Of a stretch of 64,000 nt of DNA, positions 1-6,438 are shown one piece after another. The notes beneath the pieces were generated by a model. That model had not been told where the DNA came from. It saw only the letters and a program-made list of their open reading frames with translations, and searched no databases. The position numbers and the translations under genes are program-made. The DNA is from an uncultured Ruminococcus sp. (lineage in GTDB: Bacteria; Bacillota; Clostridia; Oscillospirales; Ruminococcaceae), in assembly GCA_900315755.1 (NCBI GenBank), contig ONAI01000012.1:9064-73063 (forward strand), given 5' to 3'. Each line of letters starts with the position of its first letter. Position 1 is the stretch's first letter.

Positions 1-1129
1 GAGTGCCGCCAGTGTAGATCTGTAATTCATTGCCGGTAAACCAGCCGTACATCAGCTTTGAGAAGGCTGAAAAATCGCCCCAGGAATCATCCATCATCTC
101 CCAACCAGTCTGACCGATCAGACCTTCCTGATCGTTCGGGTTGTTGGTGATAACCCGATAGTAGTCCGGCAGTCCCATCGCGTGACCAAGCTCATGGATC
201 CATGCGGAGTTGAATTTGGCGGTTGTGCTCAGATCGCGTGCGCCGATGCACATTCTGACCGGCTTGACGTCATCATATTTCGCATTACCATTGTAGTAGC
301 AGTGGCAGGGGACCCAGTCCTCTTTGCCGTCCTTGTCGGAATCCCTGTTTATAGCCTCCTTAGGCAGCGCCAGAATGACAGCATCAAGAATTCCGTCCTT
401 GTTGACATCATAATCATTGTAGTCAATGACATCGTCCAATGCTTCAAGCGTCTCCTCCAGAAGCTCGTCGCGTGTGCGGTAATCGGCCTCCCGATAATTA
501 GTCTTCATGTAGTCGTTGATCTCATATTTTGCGGTGTAGGTATAGACTTTGCCGGTCAGGTTCAGTCTGCCGTAAGAGGCACGGGAATAGTAAGCACTGA
601 TGCTCTCCATAGGATACTGCAGAGACTGCGGATCTTCAGGACCGAAGCACATATTTTGTATTTCCCCGGCAGAGAAATCATGCTGTGCATCAGGGAAGCT
701 GACCGCGATCATCAGTACACGCGCTTCGCCAACACAGGGCATGGTCGGACTGACTGCGCTGATGGGCGGCGGGATAAGCTCGCTGCCGTCTTTTTTGTCT
801 TTCGCAAACAATGCACGCTTCATCAGGCAAAGATCGAACGCATCTAATCTCTCATTCCTGCTGAGATCAGCTGCTTTCCAATTAGCGAGATCAGTATCAG
901 GAACGGCAAGCAGCCATTTCTGGAGCAGCACCAGATCTGCTATATCAAAGCTGCCGTCAGAATTGACATCACCGCTGATGTACGAGTCTTCGATTTTAGG
1001 AGCAGATATCGCTTCAGCAAAAACTGTCTGTTCATTTTGAGTGTTATAGCTGCTATTTACAAGTAACAGAGTAAAAGCAATGATTCCGGAAAGTATACAG
1101 GCTATGCCCTTGAGTGGTCTATTATTCAT
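1..1129 (-). CDS. Secreted M6 (immune inhibitor A-like) zinc metalloprotease with N-terminal type I dockerin; C-terminus runs off the window
   Basis: Not in the supplied ORF track because it is open at the window edge. Minus-strand ATG at 1129-1127 is preceded by GGAGG. Translation gives a signal peptide (MNNRPLKGIACILSGIIAFTLLLV), dockerin segments GDVNSDGSFDIADLVLLQKWLL and ADLSRNERLDAFDLCLMKR, and the zinc motif HELGHAMGLPDYY at about 196-158. Confidence 0.75.
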   Translation of the reverse strand, partial: MNNRPLKGIACILSGIIAFTLLLVNSSYNTQNEQTVFAEAISAPKIEDSYISGDVNSDGSFDIADLVLLQKWLLAVPDTDLANWKAADLSRNERLDAFDLCLMKRALFAKDKKDGSELIPPPISAVSPTMPCVGEARVLMIAVSFPDAQHDFSAGEIQNMCFGPEDPQSLQYPMESISAYYSRASYGRLNLTGKVYTYTAKYEINDYMKTNYREADYRTRDELLEETLEALDDVIDYNDYDVNKDGILDAVILALPKEAINRDSDKDGKEDWVPCHCYYNGNAKYDDVKPVRMCIGARDLSTTAKFNSAWIHELGHAMGLPDYYRVITNNPNDQEGLIGQTGWEMMDDSWGDFSAFSKLMYGWFTGNELQIYTGGT

Positions 1130-1357
1130 TATAGTAACCTCCTGAGCTGTCCACATAATAAGCCGTTAGGGCTTATTTTGTGTGTCTTTTTGATTCGGCG
1201 GTATGTGACGCGGTTAAGAATCAGTTTTTCTTAGGTTGCAGGTTTATAATTTTTAGTCAAGCTCCTTATCTAATCATTATAGCACAACTATATTCTGTTT
1301 TCAAGAGCCTGTTCTAACAAAACTAACCGCTCAGGGTCACTCCTGAGCAGTTATGTT

Positions 1358-1648
1358 ATGGGCGCAGGCAATAAGCTCGATCCTACGGCGTTCCGCGTTG
1401 CAGATATTTACAAGACCAAGGTCTGTCCTCTTGCAAAGGTAATGCGTATCGAATGCCGCAAGCGCAGGGTAAAAAAGCTGAAGGTCGTATATTCAGAGGA
1501 GCAGCCTACACGTCCAATAGAGGATATGTCTATATCATGCCGTACACACTGTATCTGCCCACCGGGAGCACAGCACAAATGCACCGAACGCCGTGATATA
1601 CCCGGAAGTACAGCCTTTGTGCCGTCGGTTGTCGGACTTATAATGGCA
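1358..1648 (+). pseudogene. Relic of tcdA (tRNA threonylcarbamoyladenosine dehydratase, ThiF family); only the C-terminal ~97 aa remain
   Basis: GAGNKLDPTAFRVADIYKTKVCPLAKVMR...KKLKVVYSEEQP...PGSTAFVPSVVGLIMA matches the C-terminal half of TcdA/CsdL. The N-terminal Rossmann half is absent and no RBS is present. Confidence 0.55.
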
Positions 1649-1780
1649 TATCGTGATTATGTTACTACTCCGGTAAGTACGGGCTATCAGTCGCTGCATA
1701 TCATATTTTATGACGATCTTGCAAGGTGATATACGGAATTGCAGCTGCGGACAAAAGATATGAACTACTTTTTAGAGACT
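1649..1780 (+). pseudogene. Relic of a RelA/SpoT-type small alarmone synthetase (RelQ-like), frameshifted
   Basis: RDYVTTPVSTGYQSLHIIF matches the DYIxxPKxxGYQSLH synthetase motif and is fused in frame to the tcdA relic. After a stop, the next frame reads ELQLRTKDMNYF, which matches the EIQIRTxxM motif. Only about 40 aa of the domain survive. Confidence 0.45.
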
Positions 1781-1949
1781 GTCAGAACCTGCCTTTCGAG
1801 CATTTGCCACGCTTTCAGAATGATCTTATTGATTAACAGCAATTGAAATATTCTATAATATTATACATTATCTTACAGTTGCCAGAATTACAAAAGTATG
1901 GTAAAATAGAAATATGATATTAAAAATGAAAGATAATGGAGGAATTAAA

Positions 1950-3260
1950 ATGTGGGCTTATGAAAGCGTATTCTATCAGATATATCCGCTCGGATTCTGC
2001 GGAGCACCGTTTGAGAATGACGGGATTCAGCAGTCAAGGATACTAAAAGTGATCGACTGGGCAGACCATATCAGGAAACTGAACTGCAATGCAGTCTACT
2101 TCTCACCGATATTTGAGTCGGATTCTCATGGCTATGACACAAGAGATTATACGAAGATTGACTGCCGTCTTGGCAGCAACGAGGACTTTGCAAAGGTCTG
2201 CAAGGAACTTCACAGCAGAGGGATAAAAGTCGTTCTTGACGGAGTATTCAATCATGTAGGAAGAGGCTTCTGGGCGTTTCAAGACGTTCTGCGTAATCGT
2301 GAGAATTCGCGCTATAAGGACTGGTTTCACATTAATTTCGGCGGGAATTCCAACTATAACGACGGTTTATGGTATGAGGGCTGGGAAGGTCACTACGAGC
2401 TTGTAAAGCTCAACCTCTGGAACAACGAAGTCGTTGAGCACATTTTCTCCTGCATCAAGGGCTGGGTAGAGGAATTTGATATTGACGGTCTGAGGCTTGA
2501 TGTGGCATACTGTCTTGACAAGGAATTCCTGAGAAGACTCCGTGGCTTTACAAATGGACTGAAAGATGATTTCGTGCTTATCGGTGAACTCCTTCACGGC
2601 GACTATTCGCAGTTTGTAAACAACGATATGTTACACTCCGCAACCAATTACCAGTGCTATAAAGGTCTGTATTCAAGCTTCAACAGCATGAATATGTTTG
2701 AGATATGCCATTCCCTCAAAAATCAGTTTGGCCCTGAGCCGTGGTGTCAGTATAAGGGAATGCATCTGCTCAGTTTTGTTGATAACCATGATGTTTCAAG
2801 AATCGCCACGATACTCACGAATAAAAATCACATTCCGCTTGTCTATGCGATAATGTTTGGAATGCCGGGAATACCGTGTATCTACTACGGAAGCGAATGG
2901 GGCGCGGAAGCTGATAAAAAGGACGGCGATCCTGCGCTCAGAGTATCATTCGATAACCCGACAGAAAATGAGCTTTCGGCGTATATCTCAAAGCTGGCAA
3001 AAATACACCGTGAAAGTAAAGCATTATGTTACGGTGATATAAGTGTGCCTGTGCTTACCAATAAGCAATGTATCATTCAGCGCAAATGTGACGATGAGAG
3101 GATACTTATTGCTGTAAATGCGGAAGATCAGCCCTTTACAGCTCACTTTGACGCAGGCTGCGGCATGGCTGATGAGCTGATAACAGGTACAAAGCATGAT
3201 TTCGGCGGCGGAAGTGAGCTGCCTCCTTATTCGGCACAGATTTGGAAAATGGAAAGATGA
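1950..3260 (+). CDS. GH13 alpha-amylase family glycoside hydrolase (cytoplasmic, neopullulanase/cyclomaltodextrinase-like)
   Basis: ORF 1914-3260. Preferred start is ATG 1950 after GGAGGA. GH13 regions present: DGVFNH, DGLRLDVAY, IGELLH, FVDNHD. No signal peptide. Confidence 0.85.
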   Translation: MWAYESVFYQIYPLGFCGAPFENDGIQQSRILKVIDWADHIRKLNCNAVYFSPIFESDSHGYDTRDYTKIDCRLGSNEDFAKVCKELHSRGIKVVLDGVFNHVGRGFWAFQDVLRNRENSRYKDWFHINFGGNSNYNDGLWYEGWEGHYELVKLNLWNNEVVEHIFSCIKGWVEEFDIDGLRLDVAYCLDKEFLRRLRGFTNGLKDDFVLIGELLHGDYSQFVNNDMLHSATNYQCYKGLYSSFNSMNMFEICHSLKNQFGPEPWCQYKGMHLLSFVDNHDVSRIATILTNKNHIPLVYAIMFGMPGIPCIYYGSEWGAEADKKDGDPALRVSFDNPTENELSAYISKLAKIHRESKALCYGDISVPVLTNKQCIIQRKCDDERILIAVNAEDQPFTAHFDAGCGMADELITGTKHDFGGGSELPPYSAQIWKMER

Positions 3261-3338
3261 AATTCTGTATTATTCACCAATTCTGCTTCGACAGTCTGAA
3301 GCTAAATGTGTATGATACGCTGAATTTCAAAAAAGCTA

Positions 3339-3367
3339 TTGACAAACTACTCACGAAGGTCTATAAT
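3339..3367 (+). promoter_or_regulatory. Sigma-A type promoter of the amtB-PII leader (TTGACA-17 nt-TATAAT)
   Basis: TTGACA at 3339-3344 and TATAAT at 3362-3367. The same promoter is duplicated at 23568-23596. Confidence 0.7.
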
Positions 3368-3386
3368 GGCATTGTAAACAGCAAGG

Positions 3387-3420
3387 GAGCTGCGGACGAT
3401 GAGTCTGCAGCTCTTTTTTT
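3387..3420 (+). terminator. Promoter-proximal intrinsic terminator T1 of the leader
   Basis: GAGCTGCGGA-loop-TCTGCAGCTC forms a 10-bp stem followed by T7. It begins only about 14 nt after the predicted start site. Confidence 0.7.
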
Positions 3421-3438
3421 GGTTTATAGCGCTAATTC

Positions 3439-3490
3439 CATACACGAAGGGGTGTATGAAGTCTCAGGACTTCTGCGCCCCTTTATTTTA
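3439..3490 (+). promoter_or_regulatory. Anti-terminator hairpin (CATACAC-GAAGGG-GTGTATG, 3439-3458) overlapping the second terminator T2 (3449-3490)
   Basis: T2 is GGGGTG..GAAGTC-TCAG-GACTTC..CGCCCC followed by TTTATTTTA. The 5' arm of T2 lies inside the loop and 3' arm of the upstream 7-bp hairpin, so the two folds are mutually exclusive. Confidence 0.6.
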
Positions 3491-3564
3491 TACGCTTCTC
3501 ATAACAATGGCGTTTGATGAATCAGTATAAAAATGCTGTATAATTTAATTCAGGAGGTATTTTT

Positions 3565-5373
3565 ATGGACTCTCAGACAATTTTACAACAAGCTTCCGAA
3601 AACACTGATAAAACGATCTTCGGCGTATGGTTCCTTATAGGTGCTGCTCTTGTATTCTTCATGCAGGCAGGCTTCGCAATGGTGGAGACGGGATTCACCC
3701 GTGCAAAGAACGCCGGCAATATCATCATGAAAAACTTAATGGACTTCTGTATCGGTACAGTTGTCTTCATACTCATAGGCTTTGGTCTTCTCTTCGGTGA
3801 GGACCTTGTAGGCATCATCGGCAAGCCGGGATTTGACATCTTCACTTCCTATGGCTCATTCGACTGGTCAAACTTCGTTTTCAACCTTGTATTCTGTGCA
3901 ACGACAGCAACAATCGTTTCAGGTGCAATGGCTGAGCGTACAAAGTTCCTTTCGTACTGTGTTTACTCCGCTATCATTAGTGCAGTTGTTTACCCAATTG
4001 AAGCCCACTGGGGCTGGGGCGGCGGCTGGCTGAGCGAATGGGGCTTCCACGATTTCGCTGGTTCTGCACACATCCACATGGTCGGCGGTATTGCAGCTCT
4101 CGTAGGTGCAGCTATCCTCGGACCAAGAATCGGTAAATTCCACAAGACTAAGGATGGCGAGATCAAAGTAAATGCTATCCCCGGTCACAACCTTACAATA
4201 GGCGCTCTCGGATGCTTCATCCTCTGGTTTGGCTGGTACGGATTCAACGGTGCAGCTTGTACTTCAATCGACCAGCTTGGTTCTGTATTCCTTACAACAA
4301 CAGTTGCTCCAGCAATTGCAACAGTAACCTGCATGATCTTCACTTGGGTAAAATATGGCAAGCCAGATGTTTCAATGTGTCTTAACGCTTCACTCGCAGG
4401 ACTTGTTGGTATCACAGCTCCTTGTGACGTAACTGATTGCCTCGGCGCTTCTATCATTGGTATCGTTTCCGGTTTACTCGTATGCTTCGGCGTATGGTTC
4501 CTCGACTACAAGCTTCACATTGACGATCCTGTTGGTGCAGTAGCAGTTCACATGATGAACGGTATCTGGGGTACAATTGCAGTTGGTCTCTTCGCAAATC
4601 CTGACGTTCCCGGATATGCACTCGTAGATCAGGATGGCAACGAGCTCGCAGGTGTATTCTACGGCGGCGGCGCTGATCTCATTATCAGACAGCTCGGCGG
4701 TTTCGCAGCTATCGCAGCATTCACAGCAGTTTCAATGGCTATTGTATTCTTCGCTATCAAGAAGACTATCGGTCTCCGTGCTTCCGAACAGGAAGAGATT
4801 ATCGGTCTTGATGTTACTGAGCATGGACTTATTTCCTCTTACGCTGACTTCGCTCCCGCACTTTCAGACATCGGTATGAAGGGCTACACAAAGGACGATG
4901 CTAAGAGCGTGAAGAAGGTAGGCACTCCCGGAACACCGGCAGTTCCTGTTGACAAGGCAGTTGAAGTTGAGAACTATTCTGTTCCTTCACCGGACGGTGC
5001 TACAAAGCTCACAAATATTGTTGTTATATTCAAACAGCAGAAACTCCAGCAGTTCATTGAGGCTATGGAGGCTATCGACGTAAAGGGTATCACAGTTACT
5101 AACGTCCTCGGCTGCGGAATGCAGAACGGACAGGTAAACTACTATCGTGGTACAACTGTTGAGATGAACTTGCTTCCTAAGGTAAAGGCTGAGATCGCAG
5201 TTTGTGCAGTACCTGTTGAAAAGGTGGTTGCAGCTGCAAAGGCTGCACTTTATACAGGCAACTACGGCGACGGTAAGATGTTCATTTACGACATCGAGAA
5301 CGTCATAAAGATCAGAACAGGTGAGGAAGGCTACAACGCTCTCCACGATTCTGCTGAGTGGGAAAAGGCGTAA
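3565..5373 (+). CDS. amtB: Ammonium transporter AmtB fused to a C-terminal PII (GlnK/GlnB) signal-transduction domain
   Basis: RBS AGGAGG precedes the start. The Amt/MEP membrane core spans about 430 aa. After a linker, a PII domain starts at about nt 5004 (NIVVIFKQQKL...GCGMQNGQVNYYRG T-loop...TGNYGDGKMFI B-loop). Confidence 0.9.
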   Translation: MDSQTILQQASENTDKTIFGVWFLIGAALVFFMQAGFAMVETGFTRAKNAGNIIMKNLMDFCIGTVVFILIGFGLLFGEDLVGIIGKPGFDIFTSYGSFDWSNFVFNLVFCATTATIVSGAMAERTKFLSYCVYSAIISAVVYPIEAHWGWGGGWLSEWGFHDFAGSAHIHMVGGIAALVGAAILGPRIGKFHKTKDGEIKVNAIPGHNLTIGALGCFILWFGWYGFNGAACTSIDQLGSVFLTTTVAPAIATVTCMIFTWVKYGKPDVSMCLNASLAGLVGITAPCDVTDCLGASIIGIVSGLLVCFGVWFLDYKLHIDDPVGAVAVHMMNGIWGTIAVGLFANPDVPGYALVDQDGNELAGVFYGGGADLIIRQLGGFAAIAAFTAVSMAIVFFAIKKTIGLRASEQEEIIGLDVTEHGLISSYADFAPALSDIGMKGYTKDDAKSVKKVGTPGTPAVPVDKAVEVENYSVPSPDGATKLTNIVVIFKQQKLQQFIEAMEAIDVKGITVTNVLGCGMQNGQVNYYRGTTVEMNLLPKVKAEIAVCAVPVEKVVAAAKAALYTGNYGDGKMFIYDIENVIKIRTGEEGYNALHDSAEWEKA

Positions 5374-5374
5374 T

Positions 5375-5605
5375 ACTGAACTTTCAGAGCTCATTGATGA
5401 AATGGATGCTGCAACGACTAAGCTCGAAAAGGTAGTTGCTGATTTTAAGAAACAGGATGTCATAATCACAGCATCTGAATTTGTTCGTGATTCTATGCTC
5501 CCTGCAATGGATAAGTTACGTGCCGCAGCGGACAAGGCTGAAACATTGACTGCTGAATCATACTGGCCGTTCCCTGCATATGATAAGCTTCTTTTCGGAG
5601 TATGA
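5375..5605 (+). pseudogene. Relic of a second type III glutamine synthetase gene (last ~75 codons only)
   Basis: [18 protein letters not shown]...[42 protein letters not shown] aligns with the C-terminus of the intact glnN product at 25467-27554. It starts 2 nt after the amtB stop and has no RBS. Confidence 0.7.
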
Positions 5606-5666
5606 TAATATTAGCTTCTGAGAAAAATCTTTTATAGCCAGCCCCTTGAAATACAGCATAAACTAT

Positions 5667-5705
5667 AAAGCCAACAGTATATAGCTGTTGGCTTTGTAGT
5701 TTTTA
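5667..5705 (+). terminator. Intrinsic terminator
   Basis: AAAGCCAACAG-loop-CTGTTGGCTTT followed by a T run. Confidence 0.75.
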
Positions 5706-5854
5706 TAAAGGAAAAATAGAAAGAACTATTCCGGATAAGCTGCTGTTATCTCATACAGCATATTTTTTTACATTTCAAATTTGCACTAACTAACAAATAA
5801 GGTTAGTGGTTACTAATAATATTTGTTGGCATATACAAACTTAATGGATTTTGA

Positions 5855-5883
5855 TTGACAAACCAGACATGAAGTGATATATT
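5855..5883 (+). promoter_or_regulatory. Candidate feo operon promoter (TTGACA-17-TATATT with an extended -10 TG)
   Basis: TTGACA at 5855-5860 and TATATT at 5878-5883, about 50 nt upstream of feoA. Confidence 0.5.
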
Positions 5884-5933
5884 ATAAATGTTATAAAGCA
5901 CTAACAAAACGTTTTCAGAATGGAAGTGTTGAA

Positions 5934-6146
5934 ATGATGCCGCTCAGTATGGCAGATCAGGAGAAAAAATGTATAATCCGCAAAATAGGCGGAAGTCCTG
6001 AGGTCAAAAAGCACCTTGAAGATCTCGGATTTCACGTTGGCGGAGCTGTAAGCTTGGTTTCAAGGCTCGGTGAAAATGTGATCGTGAAGGTCAAGGAATC
6101 GAGAGTTGCAATAAGCGAAGAGCTTGCGAGAAAAATTATGGTATGA
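5934..6146 (+). CDS. feoA: FeoA family ferrous iron transport protein
   Basis: ORF 5874-6146; internal ATG 5934 is preferred. Small SH3-like FeoA sequence (IRKIGGSPEVKKHLEDLGFHVGGAV). Confidence 0.8.
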   Translation: MMPLSMADQEKKCIIRKIGGSPEVKKHLEDLGFHVGGAVSLVSRLGENVIVKVKESRVAISEELARKIMV

Positions 6147-6156
6147 GGTGGAGAAA

Positions 6157-6378
6157 ATGAAAACATTGAGAGAAACGGCTATCGGCAAGACCGTAAAGAT
6201 AGTCAAGGTTCACGGTGAGGGCGCTGTCAGACGCCGCATTATGGATATGGGTATCACAAAGGGAACTGAGGTAACTGTCCGCAAGGTCGCACCGCTTGGT
6301 GATCCTATTGAGGTAACTGTGCGCGGATATGAGCTTTCCATACGCAAAGCTGATGCAGAAATGGTTGAGGTCAACTGA
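6157..6378 (+). CDS. feoA: FeoA family ferrous iron transport protein (second copy)
   Basis: ATG 6157 follows GAGGTGGAG. Sequence VKIVKVHGEGAVRRRIMDMGITKGTEV is FeoA-like. Confidence 0.8.
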   Translation: MKTLRETAIGKTVKIVKVHGEGAVRRRIMDMGITKGTEVTVRKVAPLGDPIEVTVRGYELSIRKADAEMVEVN

Positions 6379-6438
6379 GAGACCTCTTTATTATTGAATA
6401 TATGTTAGCTTAGACTATCTCGAAAGGAAGAATATACA

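Noticed and set aside
182-1040. Plus-strand ORFs 182-847 and 600-1040
   Set aside because: They are antisense to a well-supported minus-strand protease gene with a signal peptide, dockerin and HExxH motif. Their composition is low complexity and they have no RBS.
3242-3517. 91-aa ORF between the GH13 gene and amtB, and the analogous N-terminal extension of ORF 23659-25365
   Set aside because: Both lie on the duplicated leader. The identical 46-nt block is read in different frames in the two copies. There is no RBS, and the region is full of terminator hairpins. I interpret it as regulatory RNA, not coding sequence.
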